64,000 nucleotides of DNA from an uncultured Nitrososphaeraceae archaeon (lineage in GTDB: Archaea > Thermoproteota > Nitrososphaeria > Nitrososphaerales > Nitrososphaeraceae): assembly GCA_963837175.1 (NCBI GenBank), contig CAWIMJ010000017.1, positions 1 through 64,000 of the forward strand, written 5' to 3'. A model generated the notes under the pieces. It did no database searches. It was given only the letters and a program-made list of their open reading frames with translations, and was not told where the DNA came from. The position numbers were made by a program, and so were the translations under genes. Positions within the stretch are counted from its first letter, which is position 1, and every line of letters begins with the position of its first letter. Positions 24,506 through 35,044 of the stretch are shown piece after piece.

Positions 24506-24867
24506 GTTTACATAAGAGTATATTACGACTTGTTAATTTATCTATACAGATCAAATAAAAAACAAATAAAAGGAATACTTCAAAATTAAAAACACAGATC
24601 AAATATATTTTATATATAATGAAACTTTATTACTTGGTAGAGATCAATTTAGTTCATCTAATTCAGTAGTTGAATTAAATAACGTGGAATTGTTACTACT
24701 GTAGTCTAAATCCGCCCCTTTATTATTTTGCAGCTATTCTTTCACTTATTGATACAAATCTTGACAAAATCCGACTCCCTATAGGAATCAAAGTCAAACC
24801 TATTTGATCCCACGTAAATTAATTTATTATATGTACGTAATTAATCATATTCAATAGTGAAGTGATG

Positions 24868-24997
24868 TGCGGGAGGTGGGATTCGAACCCACGAACCCCT
24901 TAGGGATGAGGTAACCCAGTCAAATTACAGACATCTGAGCATCGTGCCGGACAATTCTGCCGATCTCACGCCGTTGACCGGGCTTGGCAACCCCCGC
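24868..24997 (-). tRNA. tRNA-Leu(CAG) with two introns (24941-24964 and ~24913-24933)
   Basis: GCGGGGG acceptor, GCCAAGCCCGGTCAACGGC D-arm, long variable arm, GTGGGTTCGAATCCCAC T-arm; removing both inserts gives stem TGAGG/CCTCA around CTCAGAA and an 85-nt tRNA. Confidence 0.85.
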
Positions 24998-25534
24998 GAT
25001 AGGTTGCTATGATAATATACTACAATTTATACGCTCTTACGTAAGCATAAATAATTCGCTAAGAAGGAAAGAAGCGGCATCCTTATCAAGCAAACCATTC
25101 TTTACGTAAATGGTTCAAGACGTTATTCCCGGAATACAAGTAGGACAAGGTCCTATCTCCTTAGCTTTCATTTTAGTCCATATAATAAATTCAAGTGATT
25201 TATCATATTTGTGATGGATCCAAGTTTTAGTCTGAGAATATCATATAGTTGTTCTTTAATGTACCTCACTAAAGGATTAACATTTGCAGGAGTATTAGTC
25301 ATACTCAGAATAGGTTTTTTAGCATAATAATAATAATAAACTAGGGCTGCAAATGCCATATCACCACATCGTCCTTTAGTGGCAAAGTTAAGATCACGTT
25401 ATAAATTAAATCAGGAATAAATTGATCTGGAATTGGTGTATAGACAGTTTGGAAAGAATTTGGAAATTAAAATCCATGCATCCATTGCTTAAGATCAGTT
25501 ACAGCTCCGAAAGCAGCAGGAGCAATTTTAGGAG

Positions 25535-25900
25535 CTACTTTTTACCAGTTAATATAGCCTCGCCACTTAGTTCTGTTCCTATTTCATGAGCATTTACAGC
25601 TTCTTTAACAAAGATCATCCCATGCCCCTCAGATCCCGAACGTATCTTTACGAGATCGTCAACGATTTGATTTGCAGATGAATCAGGTACAATCGTTTCA
25701 ATCTTAGTTCTCTTTTCATTTTCTGGAGTAATTTTCCTCCCCGTCAAGTAGGAACGTACCATCTCCTGTACTTCTTTTATTTTTGTCCGGCCTCTAGCGT
25801 TTACCTCATAAAAAGCCAAACCACCGACATTATGCTTAGTTAGAATTTCAGTCACTTTAGGAAGATCCTCATGACGAATAAAAATACTTATTTCCTTCAT
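25535..25900 (-). CDS. P-II family nitrogen regulatory protein
   Basis: MKEI..FIR.EDL..V...L....VGG..F.EV..RGR, KIETIV.D, G.IFV, IGT...GE..L. Confidence 0.85.
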   Translation of the reverse strand: MKEISIFIRHEDLPKVTEILTKHNVGGLAFYEVNARGRTKIKEVQEMVRSYLTGRKITPENEKRTKIETIVPDSSANQIVDDLVKIRSGSEGHGMIFVKEAVNAHEIGTELSGEAILTGKK

Positions 25901-26485
25901 AAGGCCAATTACTAGGTCAAATAGATAAAGTTTACTCCTGATCTCCATTAGAAATTTGCAAACGATGACAGAACTTTTGTAATTTGTATCTTTGCACAGA
26001 AAATCATAGTATTACGGGTAATAGAAGAGGAATCAATGAAAGAAATAAGAATCCACAAGGACATTTAGTCCTCATGTGTTGATTTTCTTTTGGCAGTTTT
26101 TGCCTGTTAAGAGGCTTATCACATGCTTCTATCCTCTTCATTACTACAGTATCTGTTATGACGCAGCTTAGAATATAATGATTTGGTTTTATATCGACTC
26201 ACTCTTTCATTTCAACGAGAGAGGATTTAAACATACTAGATGGATTAGGACAAAGAAATAGGTATTCCAAGAATTGCCTTATCTTTTAGTTCAGTTGCAA
26301 TTCATACCAAACGAATTCGTCTCCTACTACTCTTGTCAGTACAGTTGTATTTATTATTATTGTAGTAGCTTACCGCTATGTATTTTTATTATTCCACTTA
26401 TTTCTTATTATTACATTATTATTCAGAGGTAGTCAATTCTGTCTTAGATTCTAGCTAATCTATACAACACCAGCAAAAGAAAAAG

Positions 26486-26548
26486 CTAAAATAACAAAAA
26501 TCATCAGAACCCTTATACATGCAGGGACCTAATCCCACTGAACCCCGC
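26486..26548 (+). repeat. ~60-bp dispersed repeat ending in a tRNA-3'-like sequence (second copy 61487-61549)
   Basis: ATCATCAGAACCCTTATACATGCAGGGACCTAATCCCACTGAACC vs ATCATCAGGACCCGTGTATATGCAGGGACCTAATCCCACCGAACC. Confidence 0.85.
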
Positions 26549-26894
26549 TCTTGACTATATTAATTTGAGACCTAAAATCATGTCAAATATGGTTCACAAA
26601 CCATTGACCCACTAAGTACGTGGATTCATATACCTTGGTTAAGCAAACTCCGGTGTACAGAAGTTGTGATAAAGCTATTTTGCCTGAACGGGAAACTATT
26701 AGATCAATGTAACATTCAATATCCTGAGGAGATATCACGCGACTGCTACCTGCATGCGATATTGTGTACTAGAAATACACTTTATATAATTTGTTCCTGT
26801 TCCATGGTCTTGTGAAAAGAGAAAAGGATCATGCATTGATTAGAAGTATAGCTTATGGAACACTGCTTTTTCGGCGGCAAGAAGGAGAAAAACA

Positions 26895-27698
26895 ATGACT
26901 GACCACAAGATTGGAACACGTGAAGAGTGGCTTGCGGCCCGGCTGGAGCTGCTCAAGGAAGAGAAGGCGCTGACACGGCGTAGCGACGAACTGGCGCAGC
27001 GGCGGCAGAGGCTGCCTTGGGTTCGAATTGACAAGGAGTACCGTTTTGAGACCGACGAGGGCATGGCGTCTCTTGCCGATCTGTTCAGAGGACGTTCGCA
27101 GCTTCTCATCTATCACTTCATGTTCGGCCCCGAATACAGAGGCGGCTGCCCGGCATGCTCTGCGATCGCAGACGGCTTTAACGGCTTTGCCGTGCACCTT
27201 GAGCACCACGACGTCGCGATGGTCGCGGTCTCACGTGCCCCAATCGCCGCGCTCCAGGCCTACAAGCGCCGCATGGGCTGGACGTTCACGTGGGCCTCGT
27301 CGCTGAATAGCGATTTCAACTACGACTTCAACACCTCGTTTACCGAGGAACAGCAGCGCTCCGGCAGCATCGACTACAACTACAGCACGCTCGGCACGAC
27401 ATCCGACTCGGAGGGCGGCTCAAAGGGCCGTCAAGACCGGATTCGAGCGCGCCTCGACTTTTCAGGCGATTTCGCGGCCATGACCGGCACCGACGTCCCC
27501 ACCTACACCCGCGAGGCGCCGGGCATGAGCGCGTTCGCACTCTCCGAAGGCGTCATCTACCACACATACTCCACCTACGCGCGCGGCCTCGACGCGCTCT
27601 GGGGAATGTACCAGTGGCTCGACCGGGCGCCGAATGGGCGGAACGAAACGGGGCCGTGGTTTCGGCGGCACGACGAGTACATACAAGATTCTCGATAG
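26895..27698 (+). CDS. DUF899 family thioredoxin-like protein, bacterial-type
   Basis: TREEWLAARLELL.EEK, LADLF.GRSQLLIYHFMFGP, CPACS, YHTYSTYARG; markedly GC-rich. Confidence 0.92.
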   Translation: MTDHKIGTREEWLAARLELLKEEKALTRRSDELAQRRQRLPWVRIDKEYRFETDEGMASLADLFRGRSQLLIYHFMFGPEYRGGCPACSAIADGFNGFAVHLEHHDVAMVAVSRAPIAALQAYKRRMGWTFTWASSLNSDFNYDFNTSFTEEQQRSGSIDYNYSTLGTTSDSEGGSKGRQDRIRARLDFSGDFAAMTGTDVPTYTREAPGMSAFALSEGVIYHTYSTYARGLDALWGMYQWLDRAPNGRNETGPWFRRHDEYIQDSR

Positions 27699-28054
27699 CG
27701 GTCGCTTCAATTTTTGGCAGTCAAGGAGCCGACGCTTTAATGTAACAAACTAAACTCCTTTCTTTTGTTATTATGAATGCGTTACTAATTCAATATTAAC
27801 AAATTGCTGAGCGTGAAATCGCTTGCGATAATGCAAGTCTTGTATGGTTATAGTCCTCTAAATGGTGGTGGAGGAGGTGGTCACGGTCATCCAATAGGAT
27901 AATACTCTTTAACATAAAGATCTTCTAAAACCATTTGATATCTTGGACTTCAAACTCCACTTTTCTTTCTTATCCTCTCTGTCTTCTTTACACTTCTGTC
28001 ATAATCAAAATATTAACAAAATTGCTTCGATTTCTGGCTATCGTACATTAATCA

Positions 28055-28414
28055 TCATTTTAGAAATCCAATAGTAAATCCAGCTGACATACTACCTGTG
28101 AAAGGAATACCAAAACTAGTCATTGCTAATAATGAGGAGGCTGTTGCAGCATGACCATCGCCGCTACTTTGAATGTGTATAATTGTATTTGCAAGTGTTG
28201 TAATAGAACCTTCAGCCACTGTTTGAAGTTTATTCCAGTTTATTATAGCTATCTGATGATATTGTAGGTATGCTAATCCAGCTAAGAACAAACCTACTAT
28301 TACACCTACTAATTTGATTACTTTCTTCACAGCATATCCAACTAGAATACCTACAAAGAAACCACCACCCATAGTAGCTGCAGTTGGTCCTAAACTCTCA
28401 ACAATACTATTCAT
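28055..28414 (-). CDS. FUN14 family membrane protein
   Basis: GGGFFVGILVGYAVKKV.K..GVIVGLFLAGLAYLQY..I..INW. Confidence 0.85.
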   Translation of the reverse strand: MNSIVESLGPTAATMGGGFFVGILVGYAVKKVIKLVGVIVGLFLAGLAYLQYHQIAIINWNKLQTVAEGSITTLANTIIHIQSSGDGHAATASSLLAMTSFGIPFTGSMSAGFTIGFLK

Positions 28415-28770
28415 ATTTTAGATGCAGCTCCTTATTTTGGTTATCGTCATTATGTAATGGCTACTACTACTACTTTGATAGCCCCTGTAGTGCTATAGTC
28501 CTGTATTTGGTAACGTAGACAGAAATGAATATCCAAGCTATGAAATGAAAACTCGTACCAGCATATCTTATGCGTACAAGATCTTCTATATCTAGTAGAG
28601 TACCAAAGGTTTTGATAACAATTTGTCTCTGTTGTAGCATATAATCTATTTTCTCTACAAGAGCTATAGCTTTTGTAGTAGACTTTTCTATCCAATCTTA
28701 TGTAGATTTATAGTCAACATAACTTCAGCAGCATGTTTAGCTTATTCCTCTCTCCCTCACTGTCTCTTTA

Positions 28771-29040
28771 GTGCTTCAAGTCTTATTTTGGATGATAAAT
28801 GACAGCATCTTATTGAACCCAAACGAATCACCACGACCATCACCATCAGTACAATCAACACTACCATTAAGATCACTACAAGAGATATTACAGAATAGAG
28901 TAATACAGAAGAAAAGGGAGATGCATCCGTCCCATAATAAAGTATATTTAGAAAGTCTGCGGATAGAGATAGAAACACTTCAATGGGTATTGGCCCAAAT
29001 ACTTATGCCACTGCGGCAATCAACAGCTACCAAGAGTTAA
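28771..29040 (+). CDS. Small hypothetical protein (EIETLxWVL motif)
   Basis: Short helical ORF; a degenerate relative lies at ~461-570 on the minus strand. Confidence 0.45.
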   Translation: MLQVLFWMINDSILLNPNESPRPSPSVQSTLPLRSLQEILQNRVIQKKREMHPSHNKVYLESLRIEIETLQWVLAQILMPLRQSTATKS

Positions 29041-29085
29041 GAGCACATCTAGGGCCTTATAATGATGTCAAATTTGTCTCACATA

Positions 29086-30058
29086 CCTCTGGGCCCGTAT
29101 CAATCTTGTCCCTTAATTTAACCTAGCTATTGCAATTTAATGAAAATACATTTTAAATGTAATTATGAAGAGAAAGATAAGAATCTACAAAGTTTGATAT
29201 CGAGGACCCGTTTAGTCTGGAAAGAATCTCTTGTGAAATAGAATTGACTTTTGGTAAACTCATATAAACGTCAAAACTCATAAGAAATATTCAGGATATT
29301 TACAATGAATTAACGAAGAGATTGATAGAATAATATTATAAGACGAGATGAAGACGGTTGATTGATTGATTGTCATTTATCTAAATAACAGACGTAAATA
29401 TTCCTTCAGGAATAGTATTAATAACTTCTACTATCACTATATTAGCATTTAAAATCGAATATACTACAATTTATACCTGATGAGAATACCGATATATGCA
29501 GCACGCTCGAACGTGTTTGCTCACCAGCAACAAGGTCAAGCCATTCCATTTATAGTACAAAACACCACCATGTCTACACAAGATCCATTATCTGGTCATG
29601 AAACCACATCAAGCTGTAATAGCAGCTCCACGAATAGAAGATGGCAAGATTTATTCTGGTGTGATTACATTCACTACAAGCTATCCAGTCGAAGTAGTTG
29701 TGTACATGGATATACTCCTTCCCAAATACCTGACCAGACACATGGCGAACCATTAAATGCTCCATTTGGTAATGGAAAGGTTGCTATCTCATTGATGAAG
29801 TTCACAGATTCACCCATTAATGTAGGTTCATTTGCATTTACAGGTAACGCATTTGCTTTCCAAACATTGGATGGAAAACCATTTACTGTAACATATACCA
29901 TCGACGCTGAAGTAAAATCTCTGACACCCCAATAACTATTATTATTGATTATCAATATTTTTTTCTTTTCTTTTCTTTTGATAATGGAATTTGCCAGTCA
30001 TTACAATTGACTAAGAAGCATCCTAAATAAAGGGACAAGATTGTCACGGGCTCAGAGG
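29086..30058. repeat. Segment bounded by 35-bp inverted repeats (29086-29120 / 30024-30058)
   Basis: Reverse complement of left arm TAAATTAAGGGACAAGATTGATACGGGCCCAGAGG vs right arm TAAATAAAGGGACAAGATTGTCACGGGCTCAGAGG (4 mismatches). Confidence 0.85.
29480..29935 (+). pseudogene. Probably secreted hypothetical protein, internally frameshifted
   Basis: QDPLSGHE then an alternative frame HQAVIAAP.IEDGKIYSGVITFTTSYPVEVV, returning to HGY...GSFAFTGNA.AF...DGKPFTVTYT. Confidence 0.5.
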
Positions 30059-30272
30059 GATGGAAATTAAAATTCATTTGAATCCTTTTTCCAAGGTTTC
30101 TCTGAAAAATAGAAGATAGTTTAATTATATCGGCTCAGCAGGATTTGAGTCTTGCTAATAGTGATCCTTTCTGCATATATCATCAGAGAGACTTTTAAAG
30201 ATCCTCAAAAGAGCAAAAGCAATGTCAATCACGCATCATGTTATGGCTATAAATTATAAGGTTAGATATTTT

Positions 30273-31589
30273 TTATGATTCATTAACTGAACTTTCTATT
30301 CTTAAATTATGTTCCTTCTCCCATTCATAACTTTGAGTATCCTTATCTTTAGCAACAATCCAAAAATCATAATTTCCACCAATTCTGTCTCCTGCTTTAT
30401 TAAGTTTTATTTTCCCTGATATTCCATCAAATGATTCTGCAGTCTCAACAAGGATTTCTTTAAATGATTTGGTTAAATTTTCATTATTATCATGGTTCAA
30501 GGTACTATTTTTATCAAGGCTTAACGAGGCTATCCAATAAGAATCATAAGCTAGTGCAGGATATGTTATTGAACTTACCTCATGTAATTGTTTTTCTAGT
30601 ACTTCTTTCAGATCATGAGATTTCTTTGACTCACTATCTATTGAATATAAAGGATTAGAAAGATTTACTTTCATTGCAAATGATGCTGAATCAACATTCT
30701 TTGTTATCTGATGATTTTGTGCTATTTTATCACTGCCGTACCACCTTACTTTCCCTAGGTCTTCATAAAGGGTGGATTGGATTAAAATAGGTGTTATCTC
30801 ATCAAAAGATATTACATATACACCTACAGAATTAGCACCATATTTTTTTACTGCATCAGAGACTATTGCATTTAATTTTTCTAATGCTTGATTCCACATT
30901 AAGAAATTTATCCTATGTAAACTGGTGGCAAATTTGCCTGTATATGGTTTATAATTAATACCTTCTTCTACTTCTCCTCCTAGTTTTTCAAAGTGAGATT
31001 TAGTAGATTTATAGAGCCCATTTCCATATATGCCACCTCTCCAAATCGGAACAATAACTTTTATACCGTCACTAATCATTCTTTCTGCAACTATTTTTCC
31101 TTGGTTTGTATCATCAGGGACTAATCGAAAAAGATTGTCTCCTTTGATAGAAAGTAATGGCGAAGTACTGGAGTAACTAATAAGGATGATGTTATTAGCA
31201 TTTGCATATTCTCTGACAGCGTTAACTGTAGCACCGAATGCAGGTCCTACAATGATTTTTGCACCATTTTCATGCAATTTTTTTATTGCTACGAGACTCT
31301 CTTCTGGACTTGTCTTTGAATCTGCCATTAATAAAGTGAAGTGAGATGAAGAAGAATTAATGTCTTCAAAATGTTTGTTTACATCATATTCAGCTTTTTC
31401 TAATGCTACCTTGATAGGTTTACCGATAGAGGAAAAGGAACCAGTCAGTGGTAAAATGGCGCCAACAACAAATTCCTTTCTACCGTCCTCATTATACTTT
31501 GATAAGAGTGGAGCATTAGAAGTCTTTTTTATGAAAAAATCTGTTATTTTCATCACCGCTGAAAACATTTGTAAAATATAAAGCAACAA
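30273..31589 (-). CDS. Type-1 periplasmic binding protein (branched-chain amino acid ABC-SBP-like)
   Basis: VGAILPLTGSFSSIG, ADSKTSPEE, IIVGP, LISYSSTSP.LS, LFRLVPDD, AYDS.WI, FDGISG.I.LN.AGDR. Confidence 0.88.
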   Translation of the reverse strand: MLLYILQMFSAVMKITDFFIKKTSNAPLLSKYNEDGRKEFVVGAILPLTGSFSSIGKPIKVALEKAEYDVNKHFEDINSSSSHFTLLMADSKTSPEESLVAIKKLHENGAKIIVGPAFGATVNAVREYANANNIILISYSSTSPLLSIKGDNLFRLVPDDTNQGKIVAERMISDGIKVIVPIWRGGIYGNGLYKSTKSHFEKLGGEVEEGINYKPYTGKFATSLHRINFLMWNQALEKLNAIVSDAVKKYGANSVGVYVISFDEITPILIQSTLYEDLGKVRWYGSDKIAQNHQITKNVDSASFAMKVNLSNPLYSIDSESKKSHDLKEVLEKQLHEVSSITYPALAYDSYWIASLSLDKNSTLNHDNNENLTKSFKEILVETAESFDGISGKIKLNKAGDRIGGNYDFWIVAKDKDTQSYEWEKEHNLRIESSVNES

Positions 31590-32451
31590 ATATTAGAAAG
31601 GATACTAATATAATGGAACCAAACAGAACCCTTTTGGAAGTACCACTTCTTATCTTTCTATGAACCTTAAAAATGAGATCCTTTGACTGCCATTTGATAA
31701 AATATCTAAGATACCATATCAGACCTCCTGCAATTAATAAATAATGTGCAGACAATAATAAAGTAGACATCCATATTTGTTCAACAAATGCAGTTAGAAC
31801 AATAATTGCAAACCAACTATCTCCAATAACTATTGCTAAAAATCCAATTAATTCACAGATCCAAGGTATAAAGTGATGTTTTTCATTCTTTATTCCAAGG
31901 AGGATCATCAATGCAAGAACAGTTAGAATAGAATTTAACGTAGGATATGCTATGGTAACAATAAAGAGCATAAGACCTCTGAAATTCGATAATTCCGAAA
32001 GTTCTAGAGTCAAGTTTAATATGTATACCAAAAATAAACCTGTACCAGAGATTATCAAAAAAAGAAATTTTTTATTTACAATGTGATGAAGGTTCCTATA
32101 TATTGCTATCAATCTATATATCAGAAATCCATATGCAGACAATAAGAATAAATCTGCTAAAGAAGGTACAGGTGAGACAATATCAAGTACTAGCTCATAA
32201 TATGCCCAGATCATATTCGCTATAAGCCAGAAAACAAGGCCCAGTGCTAGAAAAATATTAGTTTTATCTGCTTCATTACTATCTTTGTCCTTAAAGAGAA
32301 TCATTGCAGAAAGCCCTGCAGCAATAAGTGAATTTATTATCAATATCCAATTTGAATAGATTAGTTTACTCTCTGAGTCAGCTAAAATAATAATAGAATT
32401 TCCTATAACTATGGTGCTAATTACACCTAAAAAAAAATATAGCGGCTTCAA
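31516..32451 (-). CDS. Multi-pass membrane domain, likely the N-terminal half of a fusion with the binding protein
   Basis: About nine TM helices, W.IANMIWAYYE...PVPSLADLF.L.AY, AYP; overlaps the next ORF at A/T runs. Confidence 0.7.
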   Translation of the reverse strand: MKPLYFFLGVISTIVIGNSIIILADSESKLIYSNWILIINSLIAAGLSAMILFKDKDSNEADKTNIFLALGLVFWLIANMIWAYYELVLDIVSPVPSLADLFLLSAYGFLIYRLIAIYRNLHHIVNKKFLFLIISGTGLFLVYILNLTLELSELSNFRGLMLFIVTIAYPTLNSILTVLALMILLGIKNEKHHFIPWICELIGFLAIVIGDSWFAIIVLTAFVEQIWMSTLLLSAHYLLIAGGLIWYLRYFIKWQSKDLIFKVHRKIRSGTSKRVLFGSIILVSFLIFVALYFTNVFSGDENNRFFHKKDF

Positions 32452-33125
32452 TTATTCTCTTCTCTTTATGATTATTAGTATTAATTATAAATCCTTTTTT
32501 TACTAAAACAATTTTTCGATAGTACATAAAAATATATAAAATCCCTTCGTAGTATTGTTAATAGCTATTAGCATGAATTTTCAGTGAATAAAGATTGTTT
32601 GTATCTGTAAACCTTCATTTTATATTGAAGTTCTTTCATAATGTAGTTTTATATATTGTAATCCATCAATTTGAATTAAAGATGAAGTTGTAATGGTGGT
32701 TTTATATTTAATATTTCCAGAAACAAATAATGTTATGACTGTAAAGTACTCCTCAATTCTTTGAGATAATGTTATTTATTGTTATTATATACATACATAC
32801 ATGAATTGAATATTTTCTCTATCGTATAACTTTCTCTAAAATCAAACGACAGAGCCAAGAGCTATAGATCTATTTAAAATAAGTTTCTGCCGGATTTGCT
32901 AATGGATTAGTACTTATTTTTAGATTTGTTATTGAGATATTGGAATAAAGTAAAAATTCATTCAAAAATGGGTCCAGAGGGGTGCAATTGAAAATTCATT
33001 TGAATCGCATTATATTCATTTTTTTCTATTTGTTGATTCTCAAATCCTCTTTAACGTAATCATTTAGTAGATAGTTAATCAAGCTATGGGTTTATAGTTA
33101 AGTATAAACAATGATTATTATTTCC

Positions 33126-34103
33126 CTATACTTTAGTAATTACTTTTGATTTAAATTCCTTTAGAATTTGCTCATCTAATTTAATAAAATGAATTACAAA
33201 ATGACTAACACCAATGTTGGTGTATTCGTTTAATCCTTTAACTATCTTTTCAGGTGTTCCTACTGTAATTCCGCCAACAAGATATTGAATATATTCTTGA
33301 ACTGTTTTATCTTTTCTTTTATATTCCATCAGTGTCTGGTAAACCTTCTCTTCTGATTCTATTAATATACATGGTAGTACTACTGAGTATTGTATTTCAT
33401 TATAGTTTCTTCCAATAGAGTTACAATATTCCTTAACTAGCAGAATTTTTCTTTTCATTTCTTGGGGTGAACCATAGAACAGGTTGTATCTGTCTGCATG
33501 CTTTGCTACAACCTTTAGCATATACTTTTCGCCTTCTCCTCCCACCATTATTGTCGGATAAGGATTTTGAATGGGTTTGGGATTACAAATCACATCTTTC
33601 ACTTTGAAATAATGGCCCTCAAAAGAAGATCTTTTCTTTGTCCACATTGCTTTGATAATATTTAATGATTCATCTAATTGCTTGATTCGAATGATATTTG
33701 ATGGAAAGTCATAGCCATATGCTATATACTCTTGCTCATACCATCCTGCACCTATTCCTAATTCTGCTCGACCATTGCTTATAACATCCAAAGTTGAGAG
33801 CATCTTTGCTAGCAATGCGGGATTACGATAAGAGTTACATCCAACTATCTCACCTATCTTTATCTTGTCTGTAATTGCTGCTATTGCAGATAATAATGTA
33901 AAGCATTCAAAAATATTCTTTTCCAAGTCATCCTTATAATGAGGGATAAGATGATCGTATGCATAAAGAGAATCAAAGCCAAGATTATCAGCTGCTATCG
34001 CAATGGATTTTGAGAATTCATATTGTTTAGCTGGGTTATTTTCTTGTTCTAATGGAAGGTCTCCACCTCGCCATCCTTGAGGTATAGTTAATCCAAATTG
34101 CAA
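33126..34103 (-). CDS. LLM-class (probably F420-dependent) oxidoreductase
   Basis: GFDSL..YDH, ECFTLLSAIA, CNSYRNPALLAKM.STLDVISNGR.ELGIGAGW, PKPIQ.P.P.IMVGG.GEK. Confidence 0.92.
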   Translation of the reverse strand: MQFGLTIPQGWRGGDLPLEQENNPAKQYEFSKSIAIAADNLGFDSLYAYDHLIPHYKDDLEKNIFECFTLLSAIAAITDKIKIGEIVGCNSYRNPALLAKMLSTLDVISNGRAELGIGAGWYEQEYIAYGYDFPSNIIRIKQLDESLNIIKAMWTKKRSSFEGHYFKVKDVICNPKPIQNPYPTIMVGGEGEKYMLKVVAKHADRYNLFYGSPQEMKRKILLVKEYCNSIGRNYNEIQYSVVLPCILIESEEKVYQTLMEYKRKDKTVQEYIQYLVGGITVGTPEKIVKGLNEYTNIGVSHFVIHFIKLDEQILKEFKSKVITKV

Positions 34104-34165
34104 TTTCTATATCTCTTTGGATATCATAATCTACTATCTACTGCTAATGACATAACAGATATTTC

Positions 34166-34714
34166 CTAGATATTTGTATCCAATTGCTTGCCATACTTAT
34201 CATAGTAAACTAACTTACTGAGGGAAATTCTTTCAAATCTTTCAGGTTCTTCATCTGGATAACCTATACAAATAATTCCTATTGGTTTAACAAACTCAGG
34301 TAGTTTAAGTATTGCAGACACTTTATTGTCTTCAAATGCACCTACAAAACAAGTGCCAATTCCCTCATTTACAGCTGTCAGTAAAATAAGCATAGAAGCA
34401 AAAGCACCATCTATTATACTATAAAACTGCTTTCCCCGATTACCATAACGACTAATTGAGCGAGAGGTATTTGAGCATACCACAATCAGGACAGGAGCTT
34501 TTTCTACATATTCTTGGCTCACAGCTGCCTTTCTCAATTTCTTCTTTATTGCAAGATCTTTTATTATGATAAATTCCTGAACTTGTGTATGACCTGCACT
34601 AGGGGCTCGATGTGCATTTCTAATTAATTTCATTATTATTTTATCTGAGATTTGCTTGCCTTTATCATATTCTCTTACCATTTTTCTTTTTCTGATAACT
34701 TCATCAAAGTCCAT
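34166..34714 (-). CDS. Nitroreductase family protein
   Basis: IRKRK.VR.Y, A.RAPSAG..Q, IDGAFA...LL.AV.EG.G.CFVGAF, PIGIICIGYP. Confidence 0.92.
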   Translation of the reverse strand: MDFDEVIRKRKMVREYDKGKQISDKIIMKLIRNAHRAPSAGHTQVQEFIIIKDLAIKKKLRKAAVSQEYVEKAPVLIVVCSNTSRSISRYGNRGKQFYSIIDGAFASMLILLTAVNEGIGTCFVGAFEDNKVSAILKLPEFVKPIGIICIGYPDEEPERFERISLSKLVYYDKYGKQLDTNI

Positions 34715-35044
34715 GATAATTATTATTATCAGACATATTTAGGCAATCAAACAAGATAAAGTAACAACACTCAATGTTAAATTTGTAGTATACATTAGTC
34801 CTATATTTTCTAGAAGATTAAGTGTCTGGAGTCGAATTGGATTCAGAATAGAAGTGAAGTTGTAAATGGGGCCCAGAGGGGGTTGAAACAAATTTAACAT
34901 GATTTTATAGCCGAGAATATATGTCCTGCATTTTATAATCCCCATCACTGTTAGATTGACAATTAGGAGATATAACCCTCCCTGTGTGCTTGGTGCTTCG
35001 ATTCTTAATAGTAGTAGAAAAGAGGTTGTATGTGATGATAGTAT

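Noticed and set aside
26840-27710. Multiple overlapping ORFs around DUF899 (and similarly around cpo, 45579-46302)
   Set aside because: Shadow ORFs expected in GC-rich DNA with few stop codons; no motifs
32830-32856. Isolated GACAGAGCC, IS6-like terminus
   Set aside because: No associated transposase sequence or partner repeat recognised
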